Source of the DNA: the human T2T-CHM13v2.0 reference genome, Homo sapiens
DNA: 64,000 nucleotides
Direction: 5' to 3' (one strand)
NCBI RefSeq assembly: GCF_009914755.1
Contig: NC_060929.1
Part shown: positions 1 through 12,832 of the stretch, piece by piece
Layout of the letters: each line of letters starts with the position of its first letter
How positions within the stretch are numbered: the stretch's first letter is position 1
Made by a program: the position numbers and the translations under genes
The notes under the pieces: generated by a model
Seen by the model: the letters and a program-made list of their open reading frames with translations, nothing else
What the model was told of the DNA's origin: nothing
The model's database searches: none

Positions 1-1407
1 GGAAGCAACATCCATTAACTGGGAAGAGGCCATTCCCAGTGCAGCACCCTGTTTTTTTAACTTTCTCTTTATATTGAGATCACTCTACCGAATGAAAGTC
101 ATGTTCAGTAGTCTTGAATTCTTCAGATCATCTGGATTTTTACCAGTATATCTATGGAAGATTTGGTAAATATGTTCTAAGAATTCAGAGGGATCCTCAT
201 TCATCTTTTGGAGGACTGTCTGAACTCTGTTTAAACTCTCGTTTGGGCATTAGTCCTCTAACTCCTACCAGGATGCACATCAGTAACGTTCCAGGTGGGC
301 CATGTCCCCAGTTTGATTGGGATCCCAATTTGGGTTTGTGCGTGGAGCAACTCCAGCAGGATCAGGATTATTATTTGGATTGGTCTCAGAGAGACCCTGA
401 GATTCCTTATTTGCCTTCTCCATTACTAGTCTCCTTTCATCTGCAGTTAGCAGCCAGTTAATAGAGGCTCAAACATCTGCTTAAGTGGGCTGATGGGTGG
501 CAAAAATACATTCAAAGAGGTCTGTCATTTTCTGAGGATCCTCTTTATAAGGTGGGTTGGAACTTTTCTGATTGAATAAAACAGGCATTGGAAATGGGTT
601 GTAAGCCCAATAATGTCTGGCAGGCTGCTTGTTTTCATCTAAGCCACCCACGGATATTTGCCTAAGTGGGAATTGCCCTGCTCTGGTCATGGTATTGCTC
701 TGTGCAAATCAGGTGCCCTACTGGGTCCTGGAGAGGGAGACCATTCCAGTTCCCTCATCATACTCTGGAAGGGCAGCAGCCCCTCCTTCTAGGTCTGGCT
801 CCTTTTATGGTGGGGACAAAGCAGTTGAGACATTGGCCAGGGGGAGAGGCGGTACTGTGGTCATAGGCGGGGCTGCTGCTGCAGCCTTGGGAAGGGTTGC
901 TGGAGCTGCTGCTGTGGCAGGATCTGTAAGGGGGAGGGTGGCCACAGGCTGAGCTGCAGCTGCAGGAACAGTCACTTCCAGAACAGCCAGATTCAGGGCA
1001 TTTTAAAAGGGTGAGATCTTCCTCATCTTTTTCTTTCTGGATACAACTATCTGGAAGAATTTTCGTTCGGTCTTTCTGCACAGCTAAGAGTTGGTGCCCG
1101 CTCCCTTATCCTCCCATCCCAACTGGGATCCCGATTATGCAATAACATGAAAGCCTGGCATTATGGTATTTATTCTCATTTCCCAGTCCTTTGACAAAAT
1201 AATTTTAGCTGGATTAGGGTCCAATACTGGGTACTTTCTTTCAGAAGCCAAAATTCATTATCATCTTCATGGTATAGAGTCCAGACAGTATTACAGTAAC
1301 AAATCATCTTTCTCTTAGTCTTGGGCTCATAGCTGTAAGCCCTTCAGTTGCCCAGAATGTACCCCAAGGGGCTTCTGGGGAGGAAGGAGATAGAAATCTT
1401 GTTGCTT

Positions 1408-1697
<290 letters not shown>

Positions 1698-2939
1698 GCA
1701 GTCCTTTTGCTTATTCTGACTTGGTTTCTGCACTTGTACTGTCTGACCTTGTTAAAACTGTGATGATTACTGTCCTTATTGCTTGGTGCTCTGCCTTTGT
1801 TCCACAAGCCACCTCCTGATACTAGACCCCTAGTTGTTGGATGGATCAGTCTGACTTTGCACAACCTGTGTAAAATAATGTTGTTTGCAATCCCAAGAGG
1901 TATGCCTACGCAAATCTCACCACATAGCCTATGCAGTTAGGGATATCAAAAAAGAGGTCCACGTGCAGGGGAGGGGAGATGGAAAATGACATCTGTTAGT
2001 ACCTCAGTCTTATTCCAAGTCCCGGTCTATCTATTTTGATAGAGATAACTGAAGGGCAACAAGTGAGATAGTGAATCAGGCAGACAAAAAGGGCAAAGAG
2101 ATTGGAATTGGGGTTAGAGATTTATCCCAGATATTTTTAACCTTCTGCTCACATAGACAACAGTGAGTGTGGTAAGAAGGGTGGGAAGCTTGTTTTGACA
2201 ACCTGCAGAAGTGTTCACACTCTTCTTTTCCCCACAGAGTCTGGAACGGTTATGAGAGGTACTTTGGGACTTTAGACAGGGTTACCCATTCATAAGCGCG
2301 GTGGAAACTGTTCCCCTCCAGGGCTGGATCCCTGGATTTCAGTGAGCAAGATAAGAAAAGGAAGAAAGAAAGAAGAAAGAAAAATAAGGGCCCAAGCATA
2401 AATGTTCCCTACTCACACGGTCGCTCCTAAACAAATTGTCACTCAAGTGGCTGGGTAAAGAGTCCCACAGCCTTGTCTCAATTTTTAATAGCTCCACAAG
2501 TAGCTGAGTCCTAATGGAACAAAGCTCAGGTGGTGCCACAAATACAAATAGTGTACAAGCCCAAACGATGTCACAAGCAGCTAATTCTAAGTAAAGCAGA
2601 GCTCAAGTGACATCCCAAAAGAGAAAAAGGAAAGCTGGGTGCAGTCCAGCTGACATTCTGAGTTCTGAAGCCCATTGACTTCCTCAGATTCCACTTTCCT
2701 TGTACCAGTGAAACATAGAAGGCAGCCAGTGCCATGGCAGGAAGAGAAGGGACATTGCCCAAGACAAGACAAGAATATCTCAGCAGCTTCAAGGAAGTTC
2801 CCCAGAGCCCCAGCTATGAGGTCAGCTAGCCACCAGCAGCTCAGGGGAGACCCTTTGCCCTGTCCAGTAACATGGATGGACAAGCCCTGGTGTCCTTCCA
2901 TGGCCAACCACCAGGCTTAAACCACTAGGATGCACAGAT

Positions 2940-2957
2940 CTCCCATATGGGCCACCA
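2940..2957 (-). promoter_or_regulatory. Retroviral primer-binding site, tRNA-Ile type
   Basis: Minus strand TGGTGGCCCATATGGGAG versus the tRNA-Ile(AAT) complement TGGTGGCCCGTACGGGGA. Two of the mismatches are CpG decay. It lies 5 nt from the LTR end. Confidence 0.75.
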
Positions 2958-2962
2958 AACAT

Positions 2963-3494
2963 TGTAGCCAAATGCAGGTTCAGCTGCCTGCTACTTACAA
3001 TGACAAATAACAGGGATGAAATGTGGTGGAAGGAAAGTGACTTATTCCAGAGCTAGCAGTGGGGAAATGGCTGAGACTCCATGACTTAAGCCATTTCAAA
3101 TTTTGGACAGAATTCAAGGACTTAAGAATGGGAGCTTGGTATGATGGGTATGCAGGAAGGGTGAGGAGATGCCCTTCTAGATGACTTGTTCCAATAACTT
3201 ATATTGAGTCATTGCCCCATCTGGTGAATGGGCTGACACAATCCTTGGCCCAATCAGGTTGTAAATCAACTGCAGCCGTCAGGTAATCTCCTAGTTGGGG
3301 AGAATTCTATAGGTCCCTGGACTGTTTCAAGATTCAGTCCCTGGATTTTCTAAGCAAGCATAAAATCAAATAAGGGAAACATTGTGCCTGGTGGAAGGAA
3401 AGAAACCAGACTAGCCTTTATTTCTTAAGAAGCTAAACATAAAATAAGCAAGATAGGAAAAGAGAAAAAAATTAAAAATGGGTGCTTGGTTATA
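2963..3494 (-). mobile_element. ERV1 5' LTR (subfamily not assigned)
   Basis: About 530 bp, begins TG on + next to the PBS; the other end reads (minus) TATAACCAAGCACCCATTTT, resembling MER4-group LTR starts. Confidence 0.65.
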
Positions 3495-3499
3495 CTTCC

Positions 3500-5970
3500 T
3501 CAAATTCCAAGATTCTTTTATTCTTTCCTTTTTGTTTGGAGAACTTCTTTTAGTAAATCTTTAAGGGGAGCTCTGCAGACAACACACTGTCTTAGTTTTC
3601 CTTCATCTGAGAATATTTTTATTTCCCTTTCCTTCCTCAAGGATATTTTTACCTGATATAGAATTCATAGTTGATAGATTTTTTTTTTCTTTCAGTGCTT
3701 GAAAAATGTGCTACTTTCTTTTGGCCTTCATGGTTTCAGATGAGAAATCTGTTATTTAAATTGGCTTTTCCCTGTATGGAATGCATCATTTCTCTCTGGC
3801 TGCTTTTAAGATTTTTTTTTTCGTTGTCTTTAGTTTTTCATGTTTAATTATTATATGTTTTGTTCTGGTTTTCTCTAGGTTTACCCTGTTTGGTATTCGC
3901 TGAACTTCATAGATCTGTAGTTTGTATCTTTCACCAAATTTGCAAAGTTTTTAGCTAATATATTTTTAAATACTCTCAGCATCTCTCTATTTCCCCTCTC
4001 CTTCTAGGAGTTCAACGATACAAAATTGAATCTTTTATTAGCACCCTTTTGTTATTGGTCTCTGGGGCACTGTTTATTTTATTTTATTTTTATTTTCCGG
4101 TCTATTCTTTCTGTGTTGTTAAGATTGGGTGAATTCTATTATTCAGTCCTCAAGTTCAGAGATTCTGTCCTTCATCTTCTCTGTTCAGCTATTGAGTCCA
4201 TTTATAAAGTCTTTCATTTTTGTTATAGTATTTTTTTGTTCTATAATTTCCATTTGATTCTGCTTTATAGTGTTTCTTTGCTGAGATTTCCTGTTTTTTC
4301 ATTTGTATTGAGAGAGTGTGTAATTAGTTGTTGAGACATTTCTTCAACACTTACTTTCATATCTTGTCAGATGATTAACATTCAATTCGTCTTGGTATTA
4401 GCATCAGTTGATTATCTTTTCTTATTCAAGTTGTGATTGCCTTGGTTCTTGGTATGATGAGTAATTTTGCATTGTATTCTGGACATTTTATCTGTTCTGT
4501 CAGGATACTCTGGGTCCTGTTTAAATCTTCTTTTTCAGTAGTCAGTCACCCTGTTGACTTTCAGCACGTAAGTATTGGTCAAATTTTGTGGGCTTTGTTT
4601 CCAATGGCAGAAGCTTTGTGGTGTTATTTTGGCATGCTTGGTTTATTAGGTGCCATCGGAATTCTCACTTGCCCCAGCTTATACTGCCTGCAAGGGCAGG
4701 AGTTTCCCCAGGTCAGGCTGCCAGATATTTCTCTGAGTTGGGAGGGAATTGTGGTATTCTCTTACAGGCACCCCCTACTCCATTGTTTCTAGGCAAAGAA
4801 GAAGTATTTTGAGTCCACAGGAATAAAGCAGCTTCTCAATGTGGGCCTTTTCCAGTTATTGTTTCCCTTTATTTTGTTCTGACCACCCATCACAGAGTCA
4901 GTATTTCTGAAAAATTCTTTCATAGTATTTTTATTGTTTCTTATTTGAAATGGCTATTTCTGTCCAAATGTCTTTCTTCAGTAAAATAGTTCTATATATT
5001 GTGAGGTGTTGGTTGACTCAAGCAGATTATATATGCACCCAAATTCTAGAATTTTCTGAGAAATTTCTCAAAAGTTACTTGAATAAACAAGAGTTGATGC
5101 CTATTTGCTTAGAAGCACATACAATTCTGTGGATTCTCTGCAATGCTGGTGCTTTGTCTAGAAAAATAGATTATTTGTTCTATCTCTCTTTCATAATACA
5201 ATTATAGTTTATATAGAGTATTACACATGCTTTTAAATAGCATTTTATTTTGGAATTAAATGAGAGCCTATGGTTGTGTGTATGTGTATATATATATATA
5301 TATATTTATTTATGTTGCATGTGTATACACACACACACACACACACACACATTCTCTTTCACAATCTCCTCTTATAAAGTTTGTACTTCAAAAGAGGCAA
5401 AACCATGTTGGATTACATAGTATTTTTTCACCTATGCTCAACTTGTTTTAACAATGAAATGTGGCTTAATAATTTAATAATTTGGGGCAAATAGGTTTTC
5501 TGGTTCAGGCTGCTTACTGTAGCTGAGTCTCTCTTGCCAGCTCTGCCCACCCACCTTGGTATCTCTTGGCAGGAAAGAGATGCCTCAAGTTCATGCCTCT
5601 CCTACAAGCTTATGTCTGGCTGGCTTCCCAAATGATCCTCTTGCTGGTTGTGTTGGGTTTGCCAGATGTTGTCATAAGACTCCCATTGAATTCCAAGGAA
5701 GGGATGTGACCACCTGGGCTGCCTTCCCTCCTCATGCCCCCAAGTTTGGGGTTGTTGGTAAACACCAGATCTGCATAGCCTTCTTCTTTTTGATAAAAGA
5801 GAGACAATACATCTGGTTGCTATGCTGTTCCTCCCAACCTGGGATCCTAAGTCAGCTAGCCCCGTCTTTTTATCACCTATGACAGTTCTTTTTGGTTGTC
5901 TCTTGAAACATTTCTGGAGTTAATGGTTGTGCTTGGCATGGAGAAATGATCTATGCCATCTTATCCTGAC
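3500..5970 (-). mobile_element. Old L1M (ORF1/5' region), interrupted at 4898-5476 by a local duplication
   Basis: T-rich antisense L1 ORF1-type sequence ('cttagttttccttcatctgagaat', 'ttcatggtttcagatgagaaatc'); ends with an L1M 5'-end-like 'tctatgccatcttatcc'. Confidence 0.7.
4898..5476 (+). repeat. Diverged direct copy of 9126-9701
   Basis: Collinear similarity over about 580 bp, e.g. gtccaaatgtctttcttcagtaaaatagttct, gttggttgactcaagcag, ttgttctatctctctttcataa, cttcaaaagaggcaaaa. Confidence 0.95.
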
Positions 5971-6075
5971 CATAAATGTGTGCTGTACTCTTTGACTGCT
6001 TATTTGTTTATGTGTCAGATTCCTCTACCCAAATGCATTTCCCCATATCTCATAAACAGATGCTTACTATTATAA

Positions 6076-6405
<330 letters not shown>

Positions 6406-7559
6406 TAATCCTTTACTAGCACCTAATATGGTCTAGACTCATAGTAGATTCTCAGTAAAAACTTACAAGTAATAAATATATTATTATAAATAATAAATAA
6501 TAAATGTGTGTTTAAGCCACTAAGTTTGTAGTAATTTGTCATGCAGAAACAGATAGCTAATATACCCAGCTGTTTTTATGTTAATATATGCAGTGAAAAC
6601 ATTGTCAAAATTTTTTTCTTTGTACTTTTCAATTGGTACAGGAATATTGCTTTTGTCCCACTTACAAATGCATATATTCATATATATGTCATAGGCTATA
6701 TGTGTATTTTACTCTTCCACTTGTGTCTAATTTTCATTAGACCCCTATTGAGGCAGAACAGTCTTCAAATGATATAGTGACATACTACTGCAAAGTAACG
6801 ACAAAAATATGAGGCTGGTGGTGGTAATCTAAAACAATTGTTTGTTCAGAGTTGTTCATGTGAGTGCTGTTATGTTAAATGGTGGTATGTGTTAGCTCCA
6901 TGAATTTGGAGCCAAAAAACATTCATTCTGTTTAATACCCTCAAGAAGCTGACAAAAACTAGGATTGGCTTAAAACAAGCAAACAAAAAAAAAAACCATC
7001 TAAAGGCATATGGTGTTTTATACTTTATCAGAGTAGTATCTCCTGGGAATCCTGGGAATGTCCAAAACTTTAATTGGACATGAGATGAGGAATATGTTGA
7101 ACTCATCAGTAGATGTCTCTAGTGCATTGCATGTATGTGTATGCATGTGTTTTGTGTTTTCATTTTTTAGCATATGGTGGGTGGCACTAGACATCTTTAT
7201 TTCTTATAGGAGCTCTTCCTTTCGTTATAAGAAATCCAGAAATGATTATCATTGCAATGTCAAATTACTCAGCATCACTTTTCCCTATTGCAGTAGTGTT
7301 TTTCTTTATTCATGCATGTTAGATCAGAATTCCAGGTTTTAAAATAGACAAATTAGCAATTGGTAAATCATTTTTTGACAAATACTAATTGGGCAACCTG
7401 TAATGGGTGAAGGAAGATATAAAGATGAACTCTATTGATTTGTAATACATGCATTTTTAAATTTTATTTGAATACCTTTGATATTTCAAAGTGGTGTATA
7501 CACTAGCAGTTAAGGCAAAGACTAGCATGATCTACCTACCGTACCTTGATTTTGGATGC

Positions 7560-7909
7560 TGCTGAGAACCAAATGCTTGTGTGCCCTCCCCACATTTACA
7601 TGTTTATTTGTCAAAGCCTAAATCCCCCTAATATGATGGTATTTGGAGGTGGGGACTCTGGGATGTTATTAGGCCTGGAGAGTGGAGCCCTCATGAATGG
7701 GATTTGTGCACCTATAAGAAGAGACATGAGAAAGATGATCTCTGTCTCTGCTACCTAAGGATACAGTGAGAAGCCAGAATGAGGGCAATTGCCAAAACTC
7801 AATTATACTAGCACCCTGATCTTGGTCTTCCAGACTTCAGAACCATGAGATATAAAATTCTGTTGTTTACATCACCCAATCTATGGTATTCTGTAGTTTG
7901 ACTGTGACA
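7560..7909 (+). mobile_element. MLT1A/MLT1A0 MaLR solo LTR
   Basis: 'tgatggtatttggaggtgggg...gtggagccctcatgaatgggatt...' with a TG...CA boundary. Confidence 0.85.
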
Positions 7910-8588
7910 GAGGAAAAGCACTGAACACTAACTGCCTTCCTGAAAATAAAGTGCAAGAGCAGACAGTGGGCTGGCCTGGCGAAGCTTCATCTCCAGCTAA
8001 TCAATTTAAGGCACACAGATTGAAACCTATTTGGGTACATGCAGTGAAATGTCATATTTCTTGTAGGTTCCTTACCTCACTGGTATGTCCTGAGTCAACT
8101 AGGAAACTAAGAAGCTAAGGAAAGCTGTGAGTCTGGTGCAGAGAATATTGTTTAACATTGAAGTGACACCCAGAATCTAGAAATATACCTTTGCCTTAAC
8201 AAGAGAAGTTCTCCCCTAATGAATCGTTATTGCCCCTTTGATTTACTCATAGATGTCTATATCTTTTGTATTTGAAAATGAAAGCTTTGGAAGGCTACTA
8301 TTGTGCCATTTCTGTAAATGTACTTTTATTGCTTAAATTACACAGCATTTTTCACCAGTTCTTTATTGCTTTCTTTGGTATATTTACTATAAGACACTGT
8401 AGCTTCTGGCTGTAACTCAAACTGCATGGAAGTTCTATATTTTCAGAGACTTTTTCAGTCAGATAGAAAATGTAATGGATAATAAAAGATCCAACGAAAA
8501 TCTTAGAGTGGAATCATAAATTCTTTGATTAAATTCCAATATCAATAACTATAAACGTATAGGAGAATCTATTCACTGGTGTCTCCAG

Positions 8589-8589
<1 letters not shown>

Positions 8590-8656
<67 letters not shown>
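8590..8656. repeat. Compound (TG)n(GA)n microsatellite
   Basis: Direct read. Confidence 0.98.
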
Positions 8657-8658
<2 letters not shown>

Positions 8659-11628
8659 CTGTGAGTTGGTGGTAGTACTTGTTATAAAAGCAATGAGAGT
8701 TTATGGACTCATAGCATTTTTACTTCCCTTCATTACACTTGCAGGTCCATTATTACTAGGACTTTGAGTAGCCCTAGCCCATGTTTGATACATATTTGTG
8801 GAACAAATGTTACAGAAATAAGAATGTTTCTGATTGATTTTTTTTTTATTTTTGTGGCCAGAATTATAAAAAATATCATTGAGGTGTATTTCCAAAGAGT
8901 TGCCTTGGTAACCTAAAATGAAAGAAAATTAGAGGGTTGCTAATGTATCAAAACATTTAAAACATCATCTGTTTTATACCAGCTTCCATTGACTAAACTG
9001 TTATAACTCCATCCAGTGATGAATTTGCCCTCCAGATGCAAATAAAGATTTCTTGATTGTTCTCTCATGTGGGAGAATGTGCAATATGTAGAAAGGACAT
9101 TGTTTAGTTGATTACCTAGAATTTTTCAATATTTCTGAAAAAAATCTTTCATCATTTTTTATTGTTCCTTATTCGAAATGTCTGTCGTCCAAATGTCTTT
9201 CTTCAGTAAAATAGTTCTGTATGTTGTGAGATGTTGGTTGACTCAAGCAGCTGATGTATGCATCCAAATTCTAGCAGTTTCTGAGAAATGTCTCCAAAGT
9301 CACTTGCATAAACCAGTGTTGATGACTATTTGCTGAGAAGCACATACAAGTCTGTGGCTTCTCTGCCAGGCTGGTGCTTTGTCTGGTAAAATAAACCATT
9401 TGTTCTATCTCTCTTTCATAAAGCAATTATAGTTTATATAGGGTATTACATGCTTCTAAGTAGCATTTTATTTTGAAATTCAATGAAAACCTATGATTGG
9501 GTGTGTGCGTATATACTTATATTGTGTGTGTACACACATACATACACACTATATAAATATACACATAACACACACATATAAATTGACATACATATTTTTT
9601 CTTTTATCTCCTCATAAAAATTTATCCTTCAAAAGAGGCAAAATCGTGTTGGATTACACAGTATTTAGATTTTAACAAGTAAAATGTGGTTTAATAATTT
9701 ACCCCAAAGCCATATCTTCCGCTTTTATTATAATTTGCTATAAGGTTTTTATGCAATTCTTAACAGTAATCAGTATACAAGATTCATTAATTGGATTGAT
9801 CTTCCAGTAAATTTTAGCTACTGCTAGTTGAATCTCAACATTTTACTAGTATTTCAAATCCAGATTCCCATGATATCAGAATAATTAGAAGAGTTGGATG
9901 AAGAGTAATGTCTAAGCCCCACTACTACTCCAGACTTCATAAATGAAAATGAAAGATTGGCCCATGGGGTGCCATGCCCAGTCCTGATGCTGACTAATGC
10001 TATTCTACTGTGGATGATGGTGATGAATTACTTTGACATTACAAGACATTACAAAGAATTATGTCATATGAGGTTTCCGGGTCTGAAAATCCTCTTAGTA
10101 CTTAAATGCTGGATGCATTGATTCATGTCTTTATTTCTTCTCAGTTTAACACATAATAAAAAATTAAATGTTTCCATTTTAATGGTATAAGGGATATAAA
10201 AATGTACATGATCTTTTTTCTTTTTGAAAATGGCCTGTGTCTTCCCACAGACCAATAGACCGATATCCCTTAAACATTGAATTTAAAAGAATCAAAGTGT
10301 AATTTGGACCTAATTTGTTGGTTTCAGCCCCCAGCACCCAGCCAAACTCCATCATAATGAATCATATATGAAGTGTTCCAAGGCAGTCTAAGATAATTTA
10401 TGATGATATATTAGATTTAGAACTACTGTAGAAAATCTCTAAAATCATCAGCTCACATTTGCAAATGTTGCCATGAGTCACCTGGAAATTGGAATATTGT
10501 TTTACTTCCCAATAGACTTGCAGACATTCAAGTATAATTTAAATCTCTCTTAAAAATGCAGAATTTTGCTTTTCATTACATATTAATATGGCCCTAATTG
10601 CTCTATAACCATTGGCAATTTAGCTGTATTATTTAAAGTGTGCATGCAGAAGTATATGCTTAATATTTTGTTTTTTCCTATGTATAAAAACTTGCTTAAA
10701 ATATTAATGAATATAATGACCCAAGCCCTTTTGGAAACATTATTATTTTAGAATATTTTACTTAGTATTAATTAATAACTTTGGGCTAGTTGTCCCTGTT
10801 AAAGTCACATACTAATTAAATTTCTCTCTGGACCACATACTGGTTAAACTTACTACATATTAAAGAATTTGTAAGACTCTTAGGTTACATGAGAATATAG
10901 CTAAATTGTAATCTTCATATAAACTCAGGGTTAATTCCATGGGAATTCTTTAGGTGTAAGACAGTCTTACTCTAATTGTGCTAATTTGCATTTGCATAAT
11001 ATTTGATAATTTTCATAACTGTTTATCTTACTCCATATTTGATCTTCACGATATGCCCAAGAGTATAGTAATATGAGCATTTTAATCTTTAATTTCTAAG
11101 CCCCCTTGTTGAGTTACAGTCTAAGAGGGACCTGCCTGATATTGAATCTCACTTTAAAGATAAGGTGCAAGTTTATTTGCTGGATTTGTTTTCCCTTCTC
11201 TTATTCTGGATTTAGGTCATTGGGGTACATACTAATCTGTGATTTCTGTGCTTTTTATTATGCTCTATTGTTTTTGTTATGCCAATATCCAAATGGGGCT
11301 GTGAATAAAATTTTCATTACAAATCTGATGTTGACGTTAAAGCAGGTCTTCTTAGGGAATCATAATGTGTCAGCAGTTCAATCTGCTGGGAGTAACAAGT
11401 ACTAAAACAGTATAGCAAAATTGATAAAATCTTAGTTCTTTCTGGGCAAGTCCTAAATTTGATTGTTTTGCAGCTTGCCTTGGCAAATTTTTCAAATCTT
11501 CTTAAACCTTGGTTCCTTCATCTTTAAAAAGGAGATAATGCCAGTTAGTATTTTTTTCAGTTCTGGGATTAAATGAGATCTTACATGGAAAGCAGGATAC
11601 AGAGAAAGCATTGAATAAATGTTAGTTG

Positions 11629-11849
11629 AACAATGAGAACACGTGGACACAGGAAGGGGAACATCACACACTGGGGCCTGTTGTGGGGTTGGGGGAGGGA
11701 GAGGGATAGCATTAGGAGATATACCTAATGTAAATGACGAGTTAATGGGTGCAGCATACCAACATGGCAAATGTATACATATGTAACAAACCTGCACGTT
11801 GTGCACATGTACCCTAGAACTTAAAGTATAATAAAAAATAAAATAAAAC
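11629..11849 (+). mobile_element. L1PA 3' end, 5'-truncated, inserted in a MIR
   Basis: Canonical L1PA 3'UTR with A tail; TSD aaatgttagttg at 11617-11628 and 11850-11861. Confidence 0.95.
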
Positions 11850-12517
11850 AAATGTTAGTTGCCTCTCTTCCTTTCTTCTTTAAAATGTGTTTTAAACAAA
11901 GAAGGAAGAAAGAACCTATGTGGAGTATTATGTAAATAAAGAAAGTACTTCACACATATTTTCATTTAATCCACCAAAAAGACCACACACACACAAGTAA
12001 CCTGCTGATAATATGTGTGCCCTCCTGTATAAATCAGTGAACAAATTGTTTTTAATTTTTTGGCAGACTTATGAAGCCAATTAGCTTTGTAATATATACC
12101 CAAATTTAATGGGCAAGTAAATAATTAATGTTATTGCCTTTGTAAATTTAACTTTTCAATTATAAATTTACATAATTAAAAGAGTAATGTTTCAGTATGC
12201 ATTCTAGCCAAATTTAAATCAAGCAATTAAATTGTAGGTTTTCCTCACCAAATGAGCTCAGCTCATTATTACACAGATGACAAATGTAAATTTGTTTTTT
12301 CATGGTCAGCTTCATTACAAAAACATGAAGGAAAATACTTGCAGGACGTGTAATCAAGTAAATTATTCCAAGCACCATTTATATATTTTAAATTGTTTTT
12401 CTGGTTTCTCCGTCTTAAATTTAGGACAGTGTGAAGACACTGCCATGTTTTCCTCCCTTCTGAGGAATGTTCTCTCCTTTAAGGGATCACTTAGGACTGT
12501 GAAAAGAAAGCAGGAGA

Positions 12518-12795
12518 GGCTGGTTGCGGTGGATCATTCCTGTAATCCCAGCACTTTGGGAGGCCAAGGCGGGTGGATAACGAGATCAGGAGTTCAAGAC
12601 CTGCCTGGCGAAGATGGTGAAACCCCGTCTCTACTAAAAATACAAAAATTAGCTGGGTGTGGTGACAAGCGCCTGTAATCCCAGCTACTTGGGAGGCTGA
12701 GGCAGAGAATTGCTTGAACCTGGGAGGTGGAGGTTGCAGTGAGTGGAGATCATGCCACTGCACTCCAGCCTGGGTGACAGAGTGAGACTCTGCCT

Positions 12796-12828
<33 letters not shown>
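12518..12828 (+). mobile_element. AluS
   Basis: Full Alu, long poly(A), TSD aaagcaggaga. Confidence 0.97.

Positions 12829-12832
<4 letters not shown>

Noticed and set aside
114-1081. Overlapping 100+ aa ORFs
   Set aside because: Antisense or off-frame readings of degenerate ERV gag.
10984-10998. Tandem octamer ATTTGCAT motifs
   Set aside because: Expected by chance in AT-rich DNA, with no supporting context.
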